A stretch of DNA of 63,288 nt, filler included, from 5 parts of 5 records of this genome joined end to end with filler, not necessarily neighbours in it, one strand, 5' to 3'; counted from the whole stretch's first letter, positions 32,321-41,689 are shown. The notes: generated from the letters alone by a model not told the origin. Program-made: numbers and translations.

Positions 32321-33094
32321 TTAGCAGCGTACAGACGTAAATCCTCCATCCAGAGTTAGGTTTGTACCATTTACGATATCCGAAGCAGAGCTTGCCAGAT
32401 ACAAGACCGAAAAGGCCACCTCTTCAGGATAGGCAAAACGCGCCTTTGGAATCTGTTTCAGATGAGCTTCTGCCCGTTCTCCTACCCAGTAATCCTTGGC
32501 CATGGGTGTCAGAACGACAGTGGGCGATACAGAATTGACATTTATTCCATATTTTCCCCAATCCAAAGCAAGAGCTTTAGTAACAGCGATAACACCTGCT
32601 TTGCTCGCGGAATAGGCCGCATGCTCCGGAATGGCGACAACACCGGCTTGAGAAGCCATATTGATGATTTTTCCGCCTTTACCCTGCTTGATCATTTGCT
32701 GACCAAACTTTTGAGACATGAAGAAAAGAGCATTTAAATTGATGGTTATCACCTTTTTCCAATCATTTTCCAGGATATCCTCGGGAGGACTGCTATGACC
32801 ATATCCGGCGATATTACATAAGATATCAACTTTATGGTATTTGCCCAGAATCTGCTCCAGAGCCCTCTTTATCTGAGTTGTATCGGTAATGTCTATCTGA
32901 ATCCCCATAGCATCCGAAGACAGGCTGTTGGCGATACCCACCACCGTCTCATTCAGATCGATCAGAACGATCTTCGCACCCTTGCGAACGAATAATTTGG
33001 CGGTGGATAATCCAATACCGCTGGCTCCTCCGGTTATAATGGCGACCTTACCGTCAAGATCCAGGTTTTCATCGAATAATGTACTATCTGTCAT
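32321..33094 (-). CDS. SDR oxidoreductase, GolD/DthD-like polyol dehydrogenase
   Basis: TGGASGIG, NAD-preferring Asp (LIDLN), ASQAGVVA, YSASK, and SPTVVLT...W.GE......IP..RFAYPEEV typical of the D-threitol dehydrogenase/GolD subfamily. Confidence 0.85.
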   Translation of the reverse strand: MTDSTLFDENLDLDGKVAIITGGASGIGLSTAKLFVRKGAKIVLIDLNETVVGIANSLSSDAMGIQIDITDTTQIKRALEQILGKYHKVDILCNIAGYGHSSPPEDILENDWKKVITINLNALFFMSQKFGQQMIKQGKGGKIINMASQAGVVAIPEHAAYSASKAGVIAVTKALALDWGKYGINVNSVSPTVVLTPMAKDYWVGERAEAHLKQIPKARFAYPEEVAFSVLYLASSASDIVNGTNLTLDGGFTSVRC

Positions 33095-33116
33095 AATTTC
33101 CTATTCTTTTCTTTAA

Positions 33117-33152
33117 AGCAGGGATCAACCATGTAACCCGTCAATCCCTGCT
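33117..33152 (-). terminator. Intercistronic hairpin after the binding-protein gene (terminator or mRNA stabiliser)
   Basis: AGCAGGGATTGAC...GTTGATCCCTGCT stem on the minus strand with a short U-tract. Confidence 0.6.
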
Positions 33153-33169
33153 CCCATAATCATAAATGT

Positions 33170-34150
33170 TTATTTAATCTGACCGTTCTCTGTATGGATC
33201 TGGATCCATTCATCTACATTATCGGTCGTAACAAGTACACCCTTACTCATAATAGACTCTCTCTCCTCCTCTCCGGAGAGAACCTTTCTGGTTATTTCTA
33301 GTGCACGCAAGGCCTGATCGTCTGCATTCTGAACACAGGTGGCGGTCAAACCGTCATCTTTGATGGACAATACTGCGTCAGCCAGTCCGTCCACGCCATA
33401 AGATGTCATGTCTCCTTCGCGTCCCACTGCCTTTGCAGCTTCCAGTGCGCCGATAGCCATACTGTCGTTCATTGCGACGATACCGTCGATATCAGGATAT
33501 TTCTCAAGCCAGTTCTCCATGAGGTTCATTGCCTCGCCCTTCATCCAGTTGGCGATCTGTTCATCCAGAATATTAATATCAGGACGTGCTTTGAATAGTG
33601 TCTCCTGGTAACCTTCACGTCTTCCATTGGAGTGGAAGTTTCCGGCAGGTCCCAACAGAACGACAACATTGGCGCCCTCGGGCAATCTCTCAAGAGCAAC
33701 GCCGGCAGGTACGGAGCCTTGTTCGACAGGATCGGCGTCGACGACGGATGCTCTGGGGGCTCCAGGCATGTTGGTTCCGTTCACGGTACCACAGGGAATG
33801 CCCTGATCAATGGCGTTATTGATATGAGAGAACATGGCAATGGAATCCACCGCCTGTACCCATATCATCGAATATCCACCGGCAACTGCAGTTTCCATCT
33901 GAGAAATCTGTGTAGCAAGCTGATCCTTACCATCGAAAATTGTGATCTCAAATTCGGGATAATCCTCTGCATACTTCTGAAACGATTGGGCCAGCCAGGA
34001 CGCATAGGTCGCTTGCATATTGTGAATCAGAACGGCAACCTTTTTCTTTTTCAAACTTCCTGCATCCGCGCTTCCTGAAGCGAATAATGTACTATTCAAC
34101 AAGAAAATAGCACTCACGACAATTAGCAGAATCCTCTTTTTTTTACTCAT
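33170..34150 (-). CDS. Sugar/polyol ABC transporter substrate-binding protein (RbsB-like)
   Basis: Spirochaete-style signal (LFA-SG), Q...ME, LLGPAGN..S..R..G and NDSMAIGA...GVDG motifs. Confidence 0.9.
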   Translation of the reverse strand: MSKKKRILLIVVSAIFLLNSTLFASGSADAGSLKKKKVAVLIHNMQATYASWLAQSFQKYAEDYPEFEITIFDGKDQLATQISQMETAVAGGYSMIWVQAVDSIAMFSHINNAIDQGIPCGTVNGTNMPGAPRASVVDADPVEQGSVPAGVALERLPEGANVVVLLGPAGNFHSNGRREGYQETLFKARPDINILDEQIANWMKGEAMNLMENWLEKYPDIDGIVAMNDSMAIGALEAAKAVGREGDMTSYGVDGLADAVLSIKDDGLTATCVQNADDQALRALEITRKVLSGEEERESIMSKGVLVTTDNVDEWIQIHTENGQIK

Positions 34151-34213
34151 AAACTTCTCCTGTTTATAATTTTTTATCTCTTTACAGAGATATTTTCATG
34201 GAATTGTGAATCC

Positions 34214-35206
34214 TCAGTTTTCACTCAGGATCTGAACTTTTTTTCTGTTCTTTTTAGACTGTATATCTATGACAACGGCTATTATGATTAAACTGCCTTT
34301 CAGGATCATCTGAATGTAGGATTGAACACCCGTAAGGGTCAGAATGTTGTTGAGAATACCGATGATCATGGAACCGATCAGTGTACCCACAGCGGTACCT
34401 ATGCCGCCTGTAAAGCTTGTTCCTCCGATGATCGTCGCCATAATTGCATCGGTCTCATAGCCGAATCCCTCAGAGGGCAGACCGGCATTCAATCTCGACA
34501 TAAGGATGACACCGCTCAATCCCGCCAAGGCTCCGGTAATGACATAGGCGATGAATTTCACCTTGTTTACCTTGATCCCGGATGCCTCCGCAGCCTGTTC
34601 ATTGCCGCCTATGGCATACAGGTAGCGTCCGAACTTCATCTTCCTCAGCATGATGGATGAGCAGAGAAAGATCACAAGCATTATGACGATGGGTGTGGGA
34701 ACGAATCCAATGTAGCCCTGCCCCAGAAGTCTGAAATCGCCAATGTTGTAAACATTCTGACCGTTTGTATATGTGAATATGATTCCCGTGGCGACCGTCT
34801 GCATTGCCAGGGTTACGATGAAAGGGGGAGCATCGAATTTCGTGATGATGAAACCATTCACAGCTCCCACCGCAGCCCCCAAGACAATACCAAGCAATAC
34901 TGCAAGAAAGATGGAGCCAATACTGATATAAAAAATGCAGGCGAAGACGCCGCACATCCCCGCTACGGTGCCGATCGAAAGATCAAGCTGACCGCAAATG
35001 ATCAGAAATGTCTGACCAAATGCAAGGATTGTCACGATACTGATCTGTCGTAAAATGTTTATAATATTTTGCTGTCTTAAAAAAGTCGGACTGATGATCG
35101 AACAGATAGCAATCATTCCGATAAGAAGGAATAAGGACGCAAACTTATTCGATAAATTCCTCCTGCGGTTGATCTCAATGATTCTTTCTTTAATAACCGA
35201 TATCAT
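34214..35206 (-). CDS. Sugar ABC transporter permease (RbsC-like)
   Basis: G.LDLSIG, PFIVTL, FGRYLYAIGGNEQAAEASGI, IIGGTSFTGG.G. Confidence 0.93.
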   Translation of the reverse strand: MISVIKERIIEINRRRNLSNKFASLFLLIGMIAICSIISPTFLRQQNIINILRQISIVTILAFGQTFLIICGQLDLSIGTVAGMCGVFACIFYISIGSIFLAVLLGIVLGAAVGAVNGFIITKFDAPPFIVTLAMQTVATGIIFTYTNGQNVYNIGDFRLLGQGYIGFVPTPIVIMLVIFLCSSIMLRKMKFGRYLYAIGGNEQAAEASGIKVNKVKFIAYVITGALAGLSGVILMSRLNAGLPSEGFGYETDAIMATIIGGTSFTGGIGTAVGTLIGSMIIGILNNILTLTGVQSYIQMILKGSLIIIAVVIDIQSKKNRKKVQILSEN

Positions 35207-35222
35207 TATGTATCTCTCCTTT

Positions 35223-36728
35223 TCATGAAAATGGATTGCTGTCGCCGGCCGCGTATTTCATTATGATTTCCTGACTGAAATTCTCTCTGTCTATCTCTGC
35301 CGTAAACCTTCCCTTGTTCATGACATAGATGCGGTCAGCCATTCCGATCAGTTCCGGCAGTTCGGAGGAAATGAGAATGACTGCGTAGCCTTCACGTGCC
35401 AGTTCACCCATGATTTTATAGATCTCGTATTTAGTGCCTACATCGATTCCTCTTGTCGGATCATCCAGTATCAATACATTGGTTTTGAGTAACAGCCATT
35501 TAGCGAGAACAACCTTCTGCTGATTTCCACCGCTCAAAAATTCCACTGCGACATCCAGGTGGGGAGCCTTGACCGACAATTCGCGAGCCTTTTCTTCTGA
35601 AGTCTTAATCTCCTCTCTTTTATTGATGAAGAGCCCCTTGGAAACCCTCAGCTGTGCCAGAGTAATATTCTCTTTAATACTTCTACAGCCTACGATTCCA
35701 TAGATCTTACGGTCCTCGGAAACCATAGTGATGCCGTTCCTGATGGCCGACTGAATGGAATCCACGTCAACTCTTTCGTCATTGAGATACAGTTCGCCCG
35801 AGCTGTAGGGATCTGCTCCTGAAATAGCTCGGGCCAACTCCGTTCTGCCGGATCCTACCAGACCGGCAATACCGACAATCTCGCCGATCCTTGCCTGCAT
35901 GCTGATATCCCTGAATACTCCCTCCGAACACAGACTCCGGACTTCGAAGATCTTTTTTCCTTTGCGGATCTCCCTCTGCGGATAGACATTGATCAGCTGT
36001 CGACCAATCATGGCTTCGATAAGGGTATCCTCATTGAAATGAGTCGCAGAGCCCGAAGTGACAGATCGTCCATCCCTTAGAACCGTGATCTCATCGGAGA
36101 TCTGGAAGATCTCTTCCAGCTTATGAGAGATATAAATAATGCTGATTCCTTTCTGTCGTAACTCATCGATCTTCTTGAACAGGAAGGCTGTCTCTTTTTT
36201 ACTGATAGCGGATGTCGGTTCATCCATAATCAATATCTCAGCACTATGGGAGATCGCTTTCAGGATTTCCAGCATCTGAATATCTGATACAGAGCAATTC
36301 TTTATCAGTGTGTCAGGATCGTATTTAATATCTTCTGTACGGAATAAATTACGTATCCTATGTCGGCATCTCTTCCAGTCCACAAATCCCCCGAAACTGG
36401 AACTGGGAAAATCGCCCATGAAAAAATTCTCCATGATCGAGAGATCAGGATAATAACTCAATTCCTGATGAATCATGGCTATTCCGTTATTACGAGCCAC
36501 CAGAGGATTCTTAATATTGACCTCTTTTCCATTGATCAGAACAGAGCCGTTTTCCGGTTTGTAAATTCCGTCGATAATCTTCATCAATGTTGATTTTCCG
36601 GCACCGTTTTCACCGACAACGGCGTGTACAGTTCCCGGACGAATCTTCAATGAAACATTGTCCAGGGCCCTTACCCCGGGGAATACTTTCGTAACATTTT
36701 GCAATTCAAGTTTATATGCACTTTCCAT
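35223..36728 (-). CDS. Sugar ABC transporter ATP-binding protein (RbsA/MglA-like, two NBDs)
   Basis: GENGAGKST, MDEPT, YISH, LSGGNQQKV. The start is probably the ATG at 36728 after a GAGGGAG RBS. Confidence 0.94.
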   Translation of the reverse strand: MESAYKLELQNVTKVFPGVRALDNVSLKIRPGTVHAVVGENGAGKSTLMKIIDGIYKPENGSVLINGKEVNIKNPLVARNNGIAMIHQELSYYPDLSIMENFFMGDFPSSSFGGFVDWKRCRHRIRNLFRTEDIKYDPDTLIKNCSVSDIQMLEILKAISHSAEILIMDEPTSAISKKETAFLFKKIDELRQKGISIIYISHKLEEIFQISDEITVLRDGRSVTSGSATHFNEDTLIEAMIGRQLINVYPQREIRKGKKIFEVRSLCSEGVFRDISMQARIGEIVGIAGLVGSGRTELARAISGADPYSSGELYLNDERVDVDSIQSAIRNGITMVSEDRKIYGIVGCRSIKENITLAQLRVSKGLFINKREEIKTSEEKARELSVKAPHLDVAVEFLSGGNQQKVVLAKWLLLKTNVLILDDPTRGIDVGTKYEIYKIMGELAREGYAVILISSELPELIGMADRIYVMNKGRFTAEIDRENFSQEIIMKYAAGDSNPFS

Positions 36729-36852
36729 AAAAGACTCCCTCAATTTTCGCACATAGCTACCTCGTACGATGGTCTTTTGGAATCATTGAAGAGTATGAAC
36801 TCCACCACCGACACTTCTGAGATTTTATTAACTTGCGTTTGACATATTTTAA

Positions 36853-38352
36853 TTATGTATTATTCAATACAGGCTCCGTTGCCAAAGACATAAACTGCTG
36901 ATACTTAACATTCCATTGATCACAATCATTGGGAACATATCTTTCTATTTCGAAGGAACGATTAATCAATCCTGTAATATCCTCTTCATCTATCTCTCCG
37001 GCTCCATAGGCCTGGAATAGAATGTTACCGATCGACGATGCCTCAGACGGTCCAGCATATACATCGAGCCCTGTTACGGAAGAGGTAAACTGATTCAACA
37101 GTTTGTTATTACTGCCCCCACCGATAATGCATATTCTGGTAATCTCTTTTCCGCTGGCATTCATTAAATCCTGCAACGCCTGTCGATACTTCATCGCCAG
37201 ACTCTCATAAATAATTCTCATGATCTGTGCAATATCATCATGTTTCACTACTGGCTGTCCCGTTTTTTCAAGGAACGCAACAACAGATGCAACCATATTA
37301 TTCGGATTATAGAAATCCGGATGATCGGGATCGATAAAACCATGAAACGGTGCCGCCTGTTCAACCATTCGATCGATTTCGGGAAAAGAGAATGACAACC
37401 CGCTTCTCCTCCAGGCCTCCATGCATTTCTGTACGATCCATGATCCGACTATGTTTTTCTTAAACAGTACTTTATCGAATCCAGCTCCCGTATTAGATAT
37501 CTGCAATTTGAATGTTGATTCATTGATAATGGGCTCCTCCAACATCACCCCAACTAGAGACCAGGTGCCGCTACTGATGAACGCACACTCTTCAGCGTAT
37601 GGCAAAGCTGAGACAGCACAGCAGGTATCATGCACTGCTGGCAGGATCAATCCGGGATTCCCCTGGATACCTGTTTTCTCAAGAATCTCTTTCCGTATAT
37701 AGCCGAGGAAATCTCCCGGCTTTTTCACAACGGTCTGCAAGCCCTCTGGAATGTTCATACTTTTAAACAGTAAAGAATCCCACTGGCCCTCGGTCATATT
37801 AAACATCTGTGAATATGAAGCAATCGTGTATTCCGTTCCTACACATCCCGTTAGGAAAAAATTCAAAATATCTCCCAGGAATAAAAGTTTCGCTCCAGCC
37901 TCCCGGGGAAGAGCATTACTGCGTACCATGGATACTATCTGATGAAGTGAGCTTCTACTATCCGATCGCCCTCCGGTTCTCATGTGGAGTTCCTCTTTAC
38001 TTATCTTTTCCTCAATCCTATCGGCGATACCATCCGTCCGTCTGTCTCTGTAGAAATATGGCAGCCCATATAGCTCTCCCCTCGGATTTAAAATCCCATA
38101 ATCGGTTGCCCAGGTATCTATACCGATACTTCCCAACTCTGAATCATACCGTTTGGCAAACAGATTCATTGCGTGAACCACTTCCTGAAAGATGTTATAG
38201 ATATTTATATGCTTACTGTTGTTTATCTCCAGACTCTCTGTCGAAAATCGATGGATTTCCTTTGTCCGGAGTAAACCATTTTCTTCTATTCGCCCTACGA
38301 CAGCCCGGCCACTCCCCGCACCGATATCGATGGCCATATGATAACTGCTCAA
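36853..38352 (-). CDS. Rhamnulokinase/fuculokinase-like FGGY kinase
   Basis: AIDIGAGSGR, SIGIDTWATDY, YRDRRT, HDT, FISSGTWSL.G, ESLA, IGGGS.N..LNQ. Probable TTG start at 38352 after GGAGG. Confidence 0.88.
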   Translation of the reverse strand: MSSYHMAIDIGAGSGRAVVGRIEENGLLRTKEIHRFSTESLEINNSKHINIYNIFQEVVHAMNLFAKRYDSELGSIGIDTWATDYGILNPRGELYGLPYFYRDRRTDGIADRIEEKISKEELHMRTGGRSDSRSSLHQIVSMVRSNALPREAGAKLLFLGDILNFFLTGCVGTEYTIASYSQMFNMTEGQWDSLLFKSMNIPEGLQTVVKKPGDFLGYIRKEILEKTGIQGNPGLILPAVHDTCCAVSALPYAEECAFISSGTWSLVGVMLEEPIINESTFKLQISNTGAGFDKVLFKKNIVGSWIVQKCMEAWRRSGLSFSFPEIDRMVEQAAPFHGFIDPDHPDFYNPNNMVASVVAFLEKTGQPVVKHDDIAQIMRIIYESLAMKYRQALQDLMNASGKEITRICIIGGGSNNKLLNQFTSSVTGLDVYAGPSEASSIGNILFQAYGAGEIDEEDITGLINRSFEIERYVPNDCDQWNVKYQQFMSLATEPVLNNT

Positions 38353-38378
38353 TTCCAACCTCCGCATTCTTTACCGGC

Positions 38379-39224
38379 TCACTTCACACCCGTGAGGCTT
38401 TCAACTCTCTCTAGCACCCGTCCGGCAATCCTGTCTGCCAAATTGTTGAGTAGTTCATCGCTGAAGCAGAAATCTTGTTTCGCCTGGAGTTCTTTTCTCA
38501 GTTCCGACAGCTTGATCGCCGGTTTGGTATTCGTCTCCTCAGTAGCTCCCTTCAGCCTGTTGAATTCTGTGGTTCCGGTCTGGTGACGAACGAATAGGGC
38601 ATTGATTTGTTCGTCACTCAGGACGCGGGCTCTTTTAAGGATAAACTCTTGATGGTAGCAAAGCTGGCAGTAGGCTTCCAAAGCCTCCATTCTATGCCAG
38701 GCCTCTAGAGCCTCCTTCCCCCAGCTGATTGCGCCGTGATTGCTGAGAAGGCACATCTTGTACCCTTTCACAAAGGGCGTGATGGAGTCGGCCATGCCAT
38801 CGGTTCCGGGGGTGGCATAGGGAGCAACAGGTACGGTTCCGACGATGCCAGTCGGTTCGGGAGAGAGTGAGAGATCCAGCTCTATACCTGCAGTGGCAAA
38901 GATCATAGAGTAGAGGGAGTGAGTATGGCAGGTGGACATGATCTCGTCGTCCTCCCAATATGCCCTCAGGTGCATGGCGGTCTCACTAGTAGGTTCCCAG
39001 CTACCTTCCAGAATCTTGCCATGCAGATCCACCTTGATAAGCATGTCCGGTTTCAGATCGCCCTTGCTGACTCCTGTAGGGGTGGCCCAGAGGGCATTGT
39101 CTCCTACCCGAAGCGTAATGTTCCCGTCGTTGGCAGAAACGAAGCCCCTAGCATACATCTTGTGTCCGATGTTGCAGATCATTTTTTTAGCATCGTCATC
39201 TGAAATATATGTTCTCTTACCCAT
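38379..39224 (-). CDS. Class II (Zn) ketose-1-phosphate aldolase, FucA/RhaD-like, with a C-terminal extension
   Basis: ANDGNIT, TPTGVSKG, PTSE..MH, HTH and NHGA zinc ligands. The start is probably the ATG at 39224 after a GGGAG RBS. Confidence 0.9.
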   Translation of the reverse strand: MGKRTYISDDDAKKMICNIGHKMYARGFVSANDGNITLRVGDNALWATPTGVSKGDLKPDMLIKVDLHGKILEGSWEPTSETAMHLRAYWEDDEIMSTCHTHSLYSMIFATAGIELDLSLSPEPTGIVGTVPVAPYATPGTDGMADSITPFVKGYKMCLLSNHGAISWGKEALEAWHRMEALEAYCQLCYHQEFILKRARVLSDEQINALFVRHQTGTTEFNRLKGATEETNTKPAIKLSELRKELQAKQDFCFSDELLNNLADRIAGRVLERVESLTGVK

Positions 39225-39235
39225 AAGATTCTCCC

Positions 39236-39280
39236 ATATCATTAGTAAATATATCATTGATAAATATATCATATATTGAT
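39236..39280. repeat. Three imperfect 15-bp tandem repeats, candidate operator
   Basis: ATATCATTAGTAAAT / ATATCATTGATAAAT / ATATCATATATTGAT between the promoter and the RBS; includes the palindrome TATCA-T-TGATA. Confidence 0.55.
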
Positions 39281-39282
39281 AC

Positions 39283-39311
39283 AGTTTAAGCTGATATAAA
39301 AACTATGTCAA
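39283..39311 (-). promoter_or_regulatory. Sigma70-type promoter of the aldolase operon
   Basis: Minus strand TTGACA (39311-39306), 17-nt spacer, TAAACT (39288-39283). Confidence 0.7.
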
Positions 39312-39592
39312 TCATTTTCTATCATGAAAAAGTGAAAGGAGTGCTGGATTTTAAAGTTATATTGTATAATTATATAAGTGATCTACACTGTGCTAGATTA
39401 ATGTATCTTATTTAAAAAGACTGTGAGCCCATGTCTTGATGTATCTATAGATGATACATAATCACATGGTGGTGAACATTGCGGAGATTTCGTATTGATT
39501 TTCGGTGTGATTCAACAATTCTTTTGTCTGGGTTCCATTATAGAACCTGCTCTCAGAGCTCTTTTTTCACGTGTAATATATAAGAAATAAAC

Positions 39593-41128
39593 GTAACCGC
39601 TCAGCTGTCTAATAGTATCTTTTGCTCAAAGTCGGGTTCAAATATGCCGTTCAATGCGGAGAATATATCTTTGCCTTGCTTTCTCACTGTTGAGATGTAG
39701 CTTCTGACCCTGCAGTAATTTTCTGCACAGACAAGATTTCGAAACGTTCCTGATATTTTTTGCCTGACCTTTACCATTCTCAGATCTCGTTCGGCCAGGT
39801 TATTGTCAAAAGGAACCGCTGACTCCGTCATGAACCTGAGAATCTCATCTTTGTGGTGGTCGAGCCTTTCGATCAAGCACAGCGCTTTCCCTTTTTTCGG
39901 ACGTCCCGGTTTTCCTGTTTTCTCCGGAGGGGGATTCACACGATAGCCATCCTTGATGATATCTTTGTATCTCTGTCTAAAATCAGCAGCCCTGTCTTCC
40001 TCGAGTTGACAGTCTTCTGAAGTATCCACTTCCCGCTTTATATCGAGAAGCAACTTGATCATAAGACCAGCCCATTTTTGCTTGAGATTTTCATGGACGA
40101 AAGTCAATTCCCTGAGTAAATGGGCGTTGCAGTAGGCATGGGTACAATCATACTTTTCATAGGGCTTCCAGAAATCATGGACCGCGACACTCTTGAATGC
40201 CGGTAGAATTCCAATCTCATCAAAGGCGTCCGATCCTCTTTTCTTATGCGGAGACAAGTACGTGTCATCCTGATTGCCAGCAGTATGGAGCCAATGGAGC
40301 TTACCTCCGATATTAATGCCTGTTTCATCGTTATGCATAACTTCAGAACTGGTCAATTTCTGCTTAACCCTTTCCATAAATCCAGCAAGACGATCGGCAC
40401 AGCGTGTCGTCATGTTGACCAGAGAGCCTTCACTGATCGAAATCCCGAATAGATCCTTGAAGAGGCTCGCAGTTCTCTCTGTAGGAATCAGCTGATAGTT
40501 TCTAAGATAAACTGCAACGGCCTGCACTTTCGATCCGTACTGTGCTTTATGCGTTACTCCATCCGGAAACGTTGCCCTGGAGATTTTATGACAATGGGGA
40601 CATTCCTTTACTTCGCCCTGATATTCAGTAACGATAGCTGTCACAGGAGGAATATCAACTACCTGCCGCCTGTCAATTTCCATAACCTCTTCGTTCGACA
40701 GATCACAATGGCAATGCTCACAAACCAAGACTTTCCGAGTGATTATATTGTCGGGATCTGAAACCTGGCACAAAGTTGTCCCTTTTCGGCTTTGTGCCTT
40801 TCTGGGTTTCTGCGGCTTTTTCTTCTTATTCTTGAAGGGTGAATCGCTGGACGGCGGCTTACTGCTGTTGCGGCTATTCTTGGCTAACTGATCTTCAAGC
40901 TTCTTTATCCTGAGATCTTGCTCTTTCGCAATAGAAGTAAGGGTATTAATAGAATCGACCAAAGACAGTACAAGTATTCTTACAGCGGCTTTCCCTTGGT
41001 CATAAATTTCATCAATCTCTTCTTCTGATATCGATATTTCTTGAAGCTCTTGAATGTCCATCAATAATCTTATATACGTTATTCGAGTTAATTAATACCC
41101 CTTTCTGAAAAAAGAGCTGAGTGGTTAC
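39593..41128 (-). mobile_element. Complete IS66-family element (single-ORF, ISBst12-like), 1536 bp
   Basis: Terminal inverted repeats GTAACCGCTCAGCT / GTAACCACTCAGCT; flanked by an exact 8-bp direct repeat AAATAAAC (39585-39592 and 41129-41136). Confidence 0.93.
39601..41064 (-). CDS. IS66 family transposase
   Basis: KNSRNSSKPPSSD, CxxC zinc ribbons, HNDETG, VHDFW..Y, H.YCNAHLLREL, VPFDNNLAERDLRMVKVRQKISG. Confidence 0.95.
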   Translation of the reverse strand: MMDIQELQEISISEEEIDEIYDQGKAAVRILVLSLVDSINTLTSIAKEQDLRIKKLEDQLAKNSRNSSKPPSSDSPFKNKKKKPQKPRKAQSRKGTTLCQVSDPDNIITRKVLVCEHCHCDLSNEEVMEIDRRQVVDIPPVTAIVTEYQGEVKECPHCHKISRATFPDGVTHKAQYGSKVQAVAVYLRNYQLIPTERTASLFKDLFGISISEGSLVNMTTRCADRLAGFMERVKQKLTSSEVMHNDETGINIGGKLHWLHTAGNQDDTYLSPHKKRGSDAFDEIGILPAFKSVAVHDFWKPYEKYDCTHAYCNAHLLRELTFVHENLKQKWAGLMIKLLLDIKREVDTSEDCQLEEDRAADFRQRYKDIIKDGYRVNPPPEKTGKPGRPKKGKALCLIERLDHHKDEILRFMTESAVPFDNNLAERDLRMVKVRQKISGTFRNLVCAENYCRVRSYISTVRKQGKDIFSALNGIFEPDFEQKILLDS

Positions 41129-41150
41129 AAATAAACAATCTAATACCTTT

Positions 41151-41670
41151 TGCTATCCGGCATGCGAACTGTACCGGGGTCGGCTCCTGAACTGACCCGG
41201 GCATCCGGCGTACAAACTGTACCACCTACTGGCATCTGCACTGTACCACCCTCCTCAGATTAGCAACTATACTTCCAGCATCAATGACTTGCTGGGAGGA
41301 GCGTATGCCGAGGAGGCGAACAATGGTCGAAAAGAGTGACGTGATCCGCCGTTTAAAACGGGGGCAGTCCATGCGGGAAATCAGTAAGGAAACCGGAGCC
41401 CACCGAGCGGCCATCCGGTCTACAAGACAAGCAGCAATCAGTCAGGGATGGCTTGAAGAGAATTACCGCCTACCAAGTGAGAACTCTATCCTTGAAACCC
41501 CACTGAAGAACGAGCCTAATTCGCAGGTCCATCCACTGGATGTTCATCTGCCCCAGATCGAGGAATGATTGAAAGAGAAGACCTCGTTCATACTCATTCA
41601 TGAGTTTCTCATCCAGAGAGGTTTGACGCTCTCTGAGACGACAGACAGTAAGTCAATACTGTAAACTCGC
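41151..41670 (+). mobile_element. Defective IS21-family element: left end plus interrupted istA
   Basis: Begins with TG. Four ~24-bp-spaced repeats (CCGGCATGCGAACTGTACC, TCGGCTCCTGAACTGACCC, CCGGCGTACAAACTGTACC, CTGGCATCTGCACTGTACC) precede an HTH ORF (RLKRGQSMREISKETGAHR). Confidence 0.7.
41305..41664 (+). pseudogene. istA-like transposase N-terminus with an in-frame TGA
   Basis: ...HPLDVHLPQIEE-TGA-LKEKTSFILIHEFLIQRG reads on in frame; the TGA plausibly replaces a TGG (Trp). Confidence 0.6.
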
Positions 41671-41689
41671 AAATTATCTTAAACCAATC

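Noticed and set aside
37809..38414. 201-aa plus-strand ORF and the many other short antisense ORFs in the track
   Set aside because: They are shadows of well-supported genes on the opposite strand or in another frame, with no recognisable motifs.
41157..41250. Short spaced repeats as a CRISPR array or plasmid iterons
   Set aside because: The spacers are only 4-6 nt, there is no cas or rep gene, and the position before an istA-like ORF fits an IS21 end.
41566..41568. In-frame TGA as selenocysteine or genetic code 4
   Set aside because: It lies in a decaying transposase with no evident SECIS, and TGA ends normal genes on the same contig.
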